Both the position numbers and the translations under genes were made by a program. This document shows, in pieces, positions 24,851 through 33,280 of a stretch of 41,101 nt of DNA. This stretch comes from Patescibacteria group bacterium UBA6130. GTDB taxonomy: Bacteria; Patescibacteriota; Microgenomatia; UBA12405; UBA6130. Every line of letters starts with the position of its first letter. Position 1 is the first letter of the stretch. The notes under the pieces are model-generated. The model searched no databases, was not told the origin of the DNA, and saw only the letters and a program-made list of their open reading frames with translations. The stretch spans positions 9,554 through 50,654 of the forward strand of contig DIVO01000050.1 of the NCBI GenBank assembly GCA_002428285.1. The letters are read 5' to 3'.

Positions 24851-26047
24851 ATGAGTGAAACTGTTCCTTCAATTGGTGTTCCGCGCTCGGTTGTCGAATC
24901 TCCAGAATCCATAATAAAAAGTGAATCAGCTCCATTTGTTGGCTACCTCTTAGTTGAAAATCTAATTAAAGAAAGAATTATAGACGGGTCAATTTTATTT
25001 GAGCCATCGGAAGAAAATAAAGAAAGAACAGCTGTTGTAGTTGAGAAAGTAATGTCAGAGTCTAATAAATCTTTAATTGAGCCGATTGAAATTACCGAAG
25101 ACTTCGAAGTCATAGAACAAAAAGGTAAAAAAATTCTTGCCGACTACATTACAGATTTATCCGTTAGGGAGATTATTTCGGATAACATTATTACTTTAAC
25201 CAGTCGAATAACAAGAGCAGAAGATATCAGGGTCTTACAAGGCGAGGGGGGCATAAATTATGATTCCAGAGCAGATAGTGGTAGGTTTGCAGATGAAGAC
25301 GGAAACAATTTTATTGAAATCTCATTTGGAAAAGATATCTTAGGTAATAGGATGACTTACTATAGTAAAATATTAAATAGCCTTGGAGTTAAAACTGACC
25401 AGGGTGCTCTTCTCGAGATGGCTTTAGCTTCAATTATTGGTCACGAATGGTCACACTCTGTTCAAAGAGCTGTTAAGACTGATTTGGCACTCAAGCTCGA
25501 AGCGGATGGAAGATATAGCGAATCCCTTGACGACGATTTAAGTGTTAGCCAAATATCAAGAACTTTACTTTTTAGAGTCGCTACTAGGGTTGTATCTGAA
25601 ACGGGGGTAATAACCGATTTAAAGCCGGCAGATCAAGAAGAGGTAGATAGCGAGAGATTTGCTACTGGATTTGAGTGGGATGCGGCCACTAGCGTTTTAA
25701 GAAGAAGAGGATTTTCTGAAGAAATTACAAATGGTTTCAGACAAAAAATAATTAAAGACGCTGAGAAAAGACTTGATGGTATGAAAAGCTTCTTTACTTG
25801 CCTACAGAATCTGGGCATTGATTTAGACGATATTCCCACTGTTTGTATGAACGCAAGACTAGCCCTAAGGTCCTACAATATTTCCATTCCAGATATAATT
25901 CCTCGACTTTGGTCGGATGTGGGTTACGAAGCCGGCTACACAACTAATGAATTAAAAGAAATTCTTACTTTAAGTGAGCAAGAAGCCAGCCGTGCTGACC
26001 TTTTTAATCAAATAATCGAGATGAGAGAAAAAGAAACCGAATATTAA
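24851..26047 (+). CDS. Uncharacterised protein with an HExxH motif (398 aa)
   Basis: ALASIIGHEWSHSVQRAV contains HEWSH (HExxH zinc-peptidase signature). There is no signal peptide. The rest is unrecognised. Confidence 0.55.
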   Translation: MSETVPSIGVPRSVVESPESIIKSESAPFVGYLLVENLIKERIIDGSILFEPSEENKERTAVVVEKVMSESNKSLIEPIEITEDFEVIEQKGKKILADYITDLSVREIISDNIITLTSRITRAEDIRVLQGEGGINYDSRADSGRFADEDGNNFIEISFGKDILGNRMTYYSKILNSLGVKTDQGALLEMALASIIGHEWSHSVQRAVKTDLALKLEADGRYSESLDDDLSVSQISRTLLFRVATRVVSETGVITDLKPADQEEVDSERFATGFEWDAATSVLRRRGFSEEITNGFRQKIIKDAEKRLDGMKSFFTCLQNLGIDLDDIPTVCMNARLALRSYNISIPDIIPRLWSDVGYEAGYTTNELKEILTLSEQEASRADLFNQIIEMREKETEY

Positions 26048-26292
26048 TTATAAATTCTATATTTCTTCATCAAATACATTTAAAACCGGCTCCAAAATCG
26101 TTCTATCCGAACAGAGGTACGAAAATTCAGAACTCTTACAACAGGACAGTAAGCAGGAATAATCATTTTAAGAGAAGGTGTAAACTTATTACACATTCCA
26201 AGTGTTTGTCTTATCTATATTGGTAAATTTTACTACAACTCGACAATGATCGGCTTAGATAGTACAATTATAAGATTGAAAGGAGGCAAAAT

Positions 26293-26490
26293 ATGAAAGG
26301 AACAATTAAAACAAAAACAGATAAAGGATTCGGATTTATTTCTCGTGAAGGAGAGGAAAAGGATCTTTTTTTCCACTCTAATGATTTGAGTGGTGTTACG
26401 TTTGACGAGCTTCAAGTAGGAGCAGTCGTTGAGTTTGATGTTGTAGAAGGTGACAAGGGTTCAGCTGCAAAAAATGTAAAACTCGCCTAA
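26293..26490 (+). CDS. csp: Cold-shock domain protein (CspA family)
   Basis: KGFGFI (RNP1) and DLFFH (RNP2-like), 65 aa. RBS AAAGGAGG 7 nt upstream. Confidence 0.95.
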   Translation: MKGTIKTKTDKGFGFISREGEEKDLFFHSNDLSGVTFDELQVGAVVEFDVVEGDKGSAAKNVKLA

Positions 26491-26515
26491 TAACGTTAAT
26501 TGAACGATACAAAAA

Positions 26516-26539
26516 GCCTCGCTTTATGCGGGGCTTTTT
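26516..26539 (+). terminator. Rho-independent terminator of csp
   Basis: GCCTCGC-tttat-GCGGGGC stem-loop followed by TTTTT. Confidence 0.8.
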
Positions 26540-26787
26540 AAGTTTTGGCAGAATAGAGACATGAATAGGTAAATCTGTAGGTAGGGTAAGTTATAAAACA
26601 ACTTCCAGGTGCGGTTGGTTTACACCTGCCCATGGATGAACTTAAATCGTTCAAGATCTTGTGCCAAATGTTTTATTTCTTCCAGCCTCTTTGTTGAAGT
26701 TGGCTAATAAACCTAAAATCCTCAAAAACCTTGAAAATAAGTACAAATTGACTGGTTATCTTTACCCTTACTAGAAACAAGTTTTGC

Positions 26788-27018
26788 TTAATTATTAACA
26801 AGCAAATTTCTATTAGGATTGTTTATATTAACCTTACGATCCCCGAGCTTAGGTTGACGAGAGGGTAAAGCTATTTTATTAAAGGGCTCTTTATCCACTC
26901 AAGTTGGACTTTTTTGTCCTTTAACTCTAAGTTAATTAATCTGAATATCTTTGAGAGATAACCCTTCTTTTTCCTGTTTAAGCGTTGATACTCTGGCTAA
27001 AATTACAGCTTTGGTTAT
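26788..27018 (-). pseudogene. Serine recombinase remnant F3, with the N-terminal catalytic-Ser segment joined to the C-terminal tail (internal deletion plus frameshifts)
   Basis: I-TKAVILARVSTLKQEKEGLSLKDIQ fits the resolvase/invertase N-terminal motif (.YARVST..Q...G.SL..Q). It is followed within 10 codons by LINLELKDKKVQLEWIKSP and, in another frame, PFNKIALPSRQPKLGDRKVNIN. About 75% nucleotide identity to F1 over ~110 nt by eye. Confidence 0.6.
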
Positions 27019-27697
27019 ACTGAAAAAGCGTTTCCTTTACCTAAATTGCATTTTTGGCATTTAGTTTCTAGGTTTTCAAGTATTGTTTCGCCTCCTTTTG
27101 ACCAAGGTATTATATGGTCAACGTGTAGCTCAACACCTTTTTCCTTCATAGGGCTTCTTCCGCATTTTGAACAAGTAAAACCATCACGCATTAAGATACG
27201 AAATCTAAGCCTGTCTGAAATATCTCTGGTTGTTTTATGCTTTATTTCTTTTTTAATATTTTGTTTTTCTTTTTTATTAGGCTTAGGCAATTCAGTGTTT
27301 GGCCCATCTTTATTGATATATTTAACAAACTCTTTTAGTGCTTTTGTCCAACTCCCAAAATGATATTCGTATGCACCAGCAACAAATTTTGAGAGTGGTT
27401 TTTTCATTTCTCTATATTTTGGTTGTCTTCCAAGCTTCATCCAAACTTCCTCAAGGTTTCTAAAATATTCTTCCAATGAAATACCTAGGTTTCGGCTTTT
27501 CTTTAGCCCAGCCTTTTTTAATGTTTTCAGCCAACCTCCAAACCTTCTTGAGAGAGTAGATGAGTGAAATTTGCCATTAGAATTGTATTCTTCCGCAGTT
27601 ACGTATCTTTATCCAGAAGTTTTGAAACTCTGATTAAATCGTTAATAAGTTCATTATTTGTCACATTTCTATGATAATCAGTAAGCTCAAATTTCAT
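27015..27697 (-). pseudogene. HNH endonuclease with two homing-endonuclease-associated repeats, disrupted by a frameshift
   Basis: C-terminal HNH CSKCGRS...HVDHIIPWSKGGETILENLETKCQKCNLGKGN. Repeats FHSSTLSRRFGGWLKTLKKAG and YEYHFGSWTKALKEF. The N-terminal 31 codons (from ATG 27697) stop at a TAA. The downstream frame opens 2 codons earlier, so the shift window is ~27602-27608. Confidence 0.75.
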
Positions 27698-28119
27698 TTT
27701 TTATTTTTTTCGTCTATCCAAGACCAAATTGAAAACAAAACAATAAGAATGATGCCTGAAACGATAGGTAAACTTAAAATTGAGGGGGCAGTAAAAAGAA
27801 TAAGAATGACAGTGACATGATTATCGCCTTTAACATTTGAGTTTTTGTCTATTCCCATCAATTTCCCAAACAACTTGGGGATTAAGTAAAGGCAGATTAA
27901 TACTACTGGGAATGCAAAGATAAAGTATTGCTGGTGAGTGATGCCAAAAGTAGTTGAGAAAAAATTAGATAAGTAGTAGTCCCACGGCTGAGTGGTGCGA
28001 AAAGCCTCAAAATTCTTTTGAAAAAGAATGACTCTGATCCAATTAAACGAGGTAAAACCTGCAAGTATCAAGTAGAGGATGATAAATGGGATTTTGGCAA
28101 TTCTGGCATTTATACCCAT
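27694..28119 (-). CDS. Integral membrane protein (141 aa), hypothetical
   Basis: About 4 TM helices. Its stop overlaps the HNH gene start (ATGA). Confidence 0.55.
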   Translation of the reverse strand: MGINARIAKIPFIILYLILAGFTSFNWIRVILFQKNFEAFRTTQPWDYYLSNFFSTTFGITHQQYFIFAFPVVLICLYLIPKLFGKLMGIDKNSNVKGDNHVTVILILFTAPSILSLPIVSGIILIVLFSIWSWIDEKNKK

Positions 28120-28318
28120 ACTTTATTTATACAACTTTTGGGGATAAAAAGCTGGGAGAGGAGGGTTAAAAGTTTAGGAATCGGTTGATTTCCTTGTTCG
28201 TAAATTCAGGGTATTCCAGGTAGTTTGCCCAGTCTGTTCGTCGAAAAACATACCATCGTTCGAGCATGAGTAGATTTATACTTGAAGTTGAAAAAGCCAA
28301 TTAGTATCCAATATAACC

Positions 28319-28534
28319 TTAAGAGTTTTTGTCACTTCTATATTCTATAATATCCCCAGGTTGGCAATCTAAGGCTTTGCATATAGCTCCAAGTGTTGAA
28401 AAGCGGATAGCTTTTGCTTTTCCATTTTTCAAGATGGATAAATTAGCCATCGTTATTCCGACTTTTTCAGTCAATTCAGTGACACTCATTTTCCGTTTAG
28501 CCAGCATTACATCAATATTTATGATTATTGCCAT
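28319..28534 (-). CDS. XRE-family HTH regulator (YozG-like short form)
   Basis: MLAKRKMSVTELTEKVGITMANLSILKNGKAKAIRFSTLGAICKALDCQPGDIIEY. This is the classic partner of a DUF2975 membrane protein located upstream. Confidence 0.9.
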   Translation of the reverse strand: MAIIINIDVMLAKRKMSVTELTEKVGITMANLSILKNGKAKAIRFSTLGAICKALDCQPGDIIEYRSDKNS

Positions 28535-28543
28535 GGTGGTTCC

Positions 28544-29020
28544 TTATACTGTTAAATCGTTTTCTAATTTGATATCCACAGCATTTTGTAAAAGTTTTTC
28601 AAAGATTGCAGTAGCAGTAGCAATTACTATGGAAATGAGAATAGCCACTAATCCCATCATTGTTGGACCGGCAGTATCATCTCCTTGAGCCACAACTCGA
28701 ATATAAATAATAGCAACTATCAGAAAACCAGTAGTAACTAGTACACAATATTTTATATTCCTGACCGTATTGATAACTGTTTGGGAAAAAATTTTATTTT
28801 TATCAACATAATCTAGTAACTTAATGGCTTGATAGAGTGCCACGAAAAAGGGAATAGTTGCTATATAAGCATAGATAATAAATGGATCTGTATAAACACC
28901 TATAAGATCCAAGTTAGCGGCTCTTCCTTCTGTCTGAGGGAATCGAATCATAATGCCCAGTGTGACCACGGCAATAAATAAAATGACAATTTTTAGAAAT
29001 AAAGTTGAACTTCGTTTCAT
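28544..29020 (-). CDS. DUF2975-like membrane protein
   Basis: 4 TM helices and 158 aa, sitting 9 nt upstream of the YozG-like HTH gene. The pairing is recalled from many genomes. Confidence 0.7.
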   Translation of the reverse strand: MKRSSTLFLKIVILFIAVVTLGIMIRFPQTEGRAANLDLIGVYTDPFIIYAYIATIPFFVALYQAIKLLDYVDKNKIFSQTVINTVRNIKYCVLVTTGFLIVAIIYIRVVAQGDDTAGPTMMGLVAILISIVIATATAIFEKLLQNAVDIKLENDLTV

Positions 29021-29161
29021 ATAAAAGTATTCTACTTAAATATTTATTGATTGTCAATATATTATTATTGTTATTCGTTATATGGAGGATGAAAGCTAGT
29101 TACGAAGTTTAAAAAGATGTTTAAAAACTAAAATTGGAATAAAAATACTTGATCTTACACC

Positions 29162-29449
29162 TTGATAATTAACAATCTCCTATCTTCGCAGGTTGGATCA
29201 ATTAGCATTTCTAAAACTTTAATTTCAGAGAGCCTACCTCTTAAAAACAAGCTTAAAGTTTTTCGGGCAATGCATAATTTAACTCAAGAACAATTAGCTG
29301 AAAAAATCGGCGTTAGTAGGCAAACGGTAATTGCCATTGAGAGTGATAAGTATCTGCCATCTTTAGGCTTAGCTTTTAAGATTGCTCATCTTTTTGAAGT
29401 TAAAATTGAGGAAATTTTTATTTATAAAGGAGGCAAAGATGAAGATTAA
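29162..29449 (+). CDS. XRE-family HTH regulator. The start codon is uncertain.
   Basis: LKNKLKVFRAMHNLTQEQLAEKIGVSRQTVIAIESDKYLPSLGLAFKIAHLFEVKIEEIF. The family normally starts at the position of the L in LKNK, which is CTT here. The only in-frame starts are TTG 29162 or the late ATG at 29270. Confidence 0.8.
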   Translation: MIINNLLSSQVGSISISKTLISESLPLKNKLKVFRAMHNLTQEQLAEKIGVSRQTVIAIESDKYLPSLGLAFKIAHLFEVKIEEIFIYKGGKDED

Positions 29450-29837
29450 AGGTACAAAGCAAAAGCTTGCTTATCTTTTTGCTATTGGTATCAGTGTTTT
29501 TCTTTTATTCTTTTTTGTGACTTGTGTTTGGATTGGATATGATGCCAAAAAAATATGTCAGGAAGCGAAGTGGGAGTATAAAAAGACAGATTGCGTTGAG
29601 GCGCTTATTGACACGCTTGATGATGAGAACCAGGGTTATAGAACGAGAAACCATGCAATTTGGGCATTAGGTCAGTTTGGTGATAGCAGAGCCTTGCCTG
29701 TGCTTGAAAAGTATTATACTGGTGATATTCCCGATAGAGAGCCTTTAGATGATGTGATTAGTCAGTATGAATTGAAAAAAGCCATAAATCTTGCCAATGG
29801 CGGATTAAATATTTCTTCTTGGGTATGGAGATACTGA
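29439..29837 (+). CDS. Membrane-anchored HEAT-repeat protein
   Basis: AAAGGAGG RBS then ATG 29439, an N-terminal TM helix, and RNHAIWALGQFGDSRALPVLEKYY (a PBS-lyase/HEAT-like repeat). It overlaps the HTH gene stop. Confidence 0.65.
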   Translation: MKIKGTKQKLAYLFAIGISVFLLFFFVTCVWIGYDAKKICQEAKWEYKKTDCVEALIDTLDDENQGYRTRNHAIWALGQFGDSRALPVLEKYYTGDIPDREPLDDVISQYELKKAINLANGGLNISSWVWRY

Positions 29838-29960
29838 AAGAAAATACTCTATGTTAATTGTATTTTATAGTTTAGGTAGTAAGCAAAACCGGTAGTTTGG
29901 TGCTAGAATTATTTTTATGATGGTAATTGATGTTTATATTGTCAGCCAGGTGAGCGAATC

Positions 29961-30896
29961 ATGAAATCATTAGTTACCGGCGCATTTGGGCAAATCGGCA
30001 CTGAGCTTGTTCCGGCACTTCAATCGCGGTGGGGAAAGAAGAATGTCATTGCTTTAGGCAATGTACACATACCAAAAGACTTTGATGGGATTGTTGAGAT
30101 CGGCAGGTTGCCAGACAAAAAACTTCTTGAGTCGATCATAAAAAAACACAAGATTGATACTATTTTTCATCTTGTTTCACTGTTATCAGCAAAGGGTGAG
30201 GTCGATCCAAGCCTAACTTGGGATGTTAATGTAGGAAGTTTAAAAGACGTTCTTGATCTTGCCAAAGATTTTCGCCTTAAGGTGTTTTGGCCAAGTTCTA
30301 TTGCCGCTTTTGGACCAACTACTCCCAGACAGAATACTCCTCAGCATACAATACTTGAGCCAACCACCATGTATGGAGTTACGAAGGTTGCTGGTGAACT
30401 ATTGTGTCAATATTATTTTCTTAAAAATAAGGTTGATGTTCGAAGTGTCCGCTATCCCGGTCTAATTAGCTGGAAAGCTGAACCCGGAGGCGGAACGACT
30501 GATTTTGCGGTTGCAGTTTTTTATGAAGCGATTAAAAATGGCACCTATGACTGTTTTGTCCAAGAAGATACAGTTTTACCAATGATGTATATGGATGACG
30601 CTATCCGTGGCACCTTGGAGCTTATGGACGCACCAAAGGAAAAAATAACTATTCATACGAGTTATAATTTTGCGGCAATGAGCTTTAGTGCCGGTGATCT
30701 GGTGAAGGAAATCCAAAAGCATTTAAAGTTAAAAGTAAAATATCTTCCGGATCATCGTCAATTAATTGCTAATTCATGGCCTCAATCAATTGATGATAAG
30801 CAGGCTCGGCATGATTGGGGTTGGCGGCCGCAGTTTGATCTTGAGAGAATGGTTAAGGTGATGATAAATGAATTGGAAAATAAATTAAAAGTCTGA
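29961..30896 (+). CDS. NAD-dependent epimerase/dehydratase family (extended SDR), L-threonine 3-dehydrogenase-like
   Basis: TGAFGQIG Rossmann motif and YGVTK (YxxxK). Length and overall pattern resemble GalE-like threonine dehydrogenases. The subfamily call is tentative. Confidence 0.8.
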   Translation: MKSLVTGAFGQIGTELVPALQSRWGKKNVIALGNVHIPKDFDGIVEIGRLPDKKLLESIIKKHKIDTIFHLVSLLSAKGEVDPSLTWDVNVGSLKDVLDLAKDFRLKVFWPSSIAAFGPTTPRQNTPQHTILEPTTMYGVTKVAGELLCQYYFLKNKVDVRSVRYPGLISWKAEPGGGTTDFAVAVFYEAIKNGTYDCFVQEDTVLPMMYMDDAIRGTLELMDAPKEKITIHTSYNFAAMSFSAGDLVKEIQKHLKLKVKYLPDHRQLIANSWPQSIDDKQARHDWGWRPQFDLERMVKVMINELENKLKV

Positions 30897-31034
30897 ATTT
30901 AAACGATCAAACTCCCTCAGAATCATGATTAATTAACTATGATTAAAGAAATCAGAAATATTAACTGCCTTTTATGCTAACCAAAAATCCTTATATTAAA
31001 TTTAAAATTTAAAGTTTTAACAAATTGGTTTGTA

Positions 31035-31583
31035 TTATTCTTCAGACATACTTTCCAGTTGTTGTATTTGCTCTTCTGATAAATTACCCGACATTGCATC
31101 GTCAACGTCTATAAAATTAATGTTGGGTGGTGGTGAAAAAGTAGATGGTGAAACTAATGTTGGTGAGCAATTAACATTTTCTGCCAATTGGCTTGGATCC
31201 ATTCCCGGAAACAAACCCTCATCTGTTGTCTCAAAGCACATTTTAAAACCAGAAGTATCACCCTCTTGCCAAGACCACATACAGCTTTCTTTAATTAATA
31301 CATTGGACATTTTCCGATCCATTTTTATCTGTCCGATATATTGGTTTCCCTGAATTATTCCAGCCACTGTTCCTTGTTCTTCATCGCTCTCAACTATGCT
31401 TCTACATTTCAAAGGAGTATTTTTTAAGATTGCATCTTTGAAGCTTATGGCTGAAGTCAATGGGTTTTCATCTGTTCCTGTGTTTTCTATTGGGTTTAAA
31501 TTTTTATTTTTTGTAATTAAAAAAACACCAGCTAGCAGAAATATGGGAATTATGATTATTAAATATTTTTTCAATTCGATCAC
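31035..31583 (-). CDS. Secreted/membrane-anchored hypothetical protein (182 aa)
   Basis: N-terminal hydrophobic anchor (IIIIPIFLLAGVFLI) and a Cys-containing soluble domain. The plus-strand ORF 31030..31353 is regarded as a shadow. Confidence 0.55.
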   Translation of the reverse strand: MIELKKYLIIIIPIFLLAGVFLITKNKNLNPIENTGTDENPLTSAISFKDAILKNTPLKCRSIVESDEEQGTVAGIIQGNQYIGQIKMDRKMSNVLIKESCMWSWQEGDTSGFKMCFETTDEGLFPGMDPSQLAENVNCSPTLVSPSTFSPPPNINFIDVDDAMSGNLSEEQIQQLESMSEE

Positions 31584-31748
31584 CTCATTTCAAATAAAAA
31601 TATAATACTAATTTTAAATTATCGTAACGGAGTATCTAAAATCATCTTTTGTTTGAAATTAACCATTCTTCTTTCAGCTAATTTTCAAGTTTCTTAGTTA
31701 TCATTTTTATATTAAACAAAAATATTTAAGAAAGGGGGTGAAAAAAAT

Positions 31749-32129
31749 ATGAATAAAAAATCAACATTACTCGGAACAACAGCTTTAGTTTTAGGCGCTT
31801 TGATAATGAGTCCTACAATAATTGGTGCTTATCAAGGTGATCCTAATGTCCAGGGTCCAAATTGTACGCCTGAAAGACATGAGGCAATGGAACAAGCTTT
31901 TGATAATAATGATTATAACTCTTGGAAAGAGCTGATGTCAGGAAAGGGTAGGGTTTCTCAGGTAATTACCGAAGAAAACTTTGCCAGATTTTCTGAAGCG
32001 CATAAATTAGCTCAAGAAGGCAAGATCGAAGAAGCAAAACAAATCAGACAAGAGCTTGGTCTCGGATTAGGTAGTCGCAATGGTTCAGGTGATGGACAAG
32101 GGAATAAGGGACAAGGATGGAATAGATAA
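31749..32129 (+). CDS. Secreted hypothetical protein (126 aa)
   Basis: Signal peptide (TALVLGALIMSPTIIGA), AAGGGGGTG RBS and a Gly-rich C-terminus. Confidence 0.6.
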   Translation: MNKKSTLLGTTALVLGALIMSPTIIGAYQGDPNVQGPNCTPERHEAMEQAFDNNDYNSWKELMSGKGRVSQVITEENFARFSEAHKLAQEGKIEEAKQIRQELGLGLGSRNGSGDGQGNKGQGWNR

Positions 32130-32142
32130 AAGATCGGAAAGA

Positions 32143-32180
32143 CGCCAATCCTCATAGCTATAGATATGAGGATTTTGGCG
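32143..32180 (+). terminator. Strong hairpin terminator
   Basis: CGCCAATCCTCATA-gctataga-TATGAGGATTTTGGCG (14-bp stem with a 2-nt bulge), followed by a T-rich tail. Confidence 0.7.
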
Positions 32181-32266
32181 TGTATTTAATAAATTATAAT
32201 AATTGCCATAGAAAGTTTAATGCGTTATATTTAAAAAAAGTATTTTAAAAAAGGAGGTGAAAAAAT

Positions 32267-32953
32267 ATGAAGAAAATAACATCAATTTTAGCGTTAACTT
32301 TTTCTTTACTGCTAATCCCAACCATGGTTTTGGCTCAGCAAGGACAACAGGGTCAGGGTATTCAGGATCAAGACAGGATTCAAGACCCGGCTACTCATGA
32401 AGGTGCCACTGTTGACCCACAAGGTAATCAGGTTCAGAATCAGGTCAAAACTCAAAACGCAGGTGAAGATAGCCAGTTAAACGTTAACACCCAGGAAAGT
32501 CTTCAGGTAAATGAGGATAGCCAAGGCAGAAGCGATACCGCCAGACAACACATGAGCAATGTTGCTCAAAAGGTAGAAGAATTGCTTAATAATGAGGAAG
32601 CTCAAGGAGGTATTGGTCAACAGGTAAAAATTATTGCTCAACAGCAAAAACAAGCTCAAGGTGAAATAACTGGTCAATTGAACAAGCTTGAATCTCGACA
32701 GGGCTTGATGAAAAAACTTTTTGGTGCAGACCAGAAAGTAATCAAAAATCTAGAACAGCAGATGGAAAAAAATCAACTCAGAATTCAAGAGTTGCAGGAA
32801 CTGCAAAACCAAGTTACTAACCAGGCCGAGGAAACTCAGATTCAAGAGTTGGTCCAAGCTTTAGTAGAGCAAAATACAGCTCTGGAAGATCAGATTCAAA
32901 CAGAAGAGCAAGTAGGCAGTGTTTTTGGCTGGTTACTAAAATTATTTGACTAA
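32267..32953 (+). CDS. Secreted Gln-rich coiled-coil protein (228 aa)
   Basis: Signal peptide (ILALTFSLLLIPTMVLA), a Q/E-rich heptad-like sequence and an AAAGGAGGTG RBS. Confidence 0.6.
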   Translation: MKKITSILALTFSLLLIPTMVLAQQGQQGQGIQDQDRIQDPATHEGATVDPQGNQVQNQVKTQNAGEDSQLNVNTQESLQVNEDSQGRSDTARQHMSNVAQKVEELLNNEEAQGGIGQQVKIIAQQQKQAQGEITGQLNKLESRQGLMKKLFGADQKVIKNLEQQMEKNQLRIQELQELQNQVTNQAEETQIQELVQALVEQNTALEDQIQTEEQVGSVFGWLLKLFD

Positions 32954-32982
32954 ACATTCTTTGTTAAAAAGAGGTGGGAAAG

Positions 32983-33153
32983 ATGAAAAGGTTACTAGTG
33001 TTATTGTTTTTTGTTATTTTTTTTGCGGTTGTAACACAATCGGTTTTAGCTGGAGGAGATAAAGTAAGGAGAGATATGGGTGATGGTTCAGGTCGGCATC
33101 AAAATGTTGTTTATGGCGACCCTGTATTCGACGGTGATGGATGTGGTGAGTAA
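32983..33153 (+). CDS. Small secreted peptide (56 aa), not in the supplied ORF track
   Basis: AAAGAGGTGG RBS then ATG 32983. Signal peptide MKRLLVLLFFVIFFAVVTQSVLA followed by a Gly/Asp-rich tail. The stop is at 33151-33153. Confidence 0.45.
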   Translation: MKRLLVLLFFVIFFAVVTQSVLAGGDKVRRDMGDGSGRHQNVVYGDPVFDGDGCGE

Positions 33154-33280
33154 TGAAAAAGAAAAATGAGTAATCGGATTTAATTCTTTAATTACTTTTT
33201 TCACCTTCCCTCCTGTCCATTGACAAAAAATTTGTATTGAATATAATGAATAAATATTCAATATATTTTGATTAGTAATT

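Larger units (their letters stand above)
9346..28119. mobile_element. Putative degraded genomic island adjacent to tRNA-Asn (defence cargo plus recombinase remnants). The right boundary is uncertain.
   Basis: It starts right after a tRNA gene. It contains an excisionase-like HTH, a Type I R-M system, nuclease-like genes, four serine-recombinase gene fragments, an HNH endonuclease, and all the frameshifted and nonsense-disrupted genes of the window. I found no intact integrase and no attR repeat. Confidence 0.4.
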
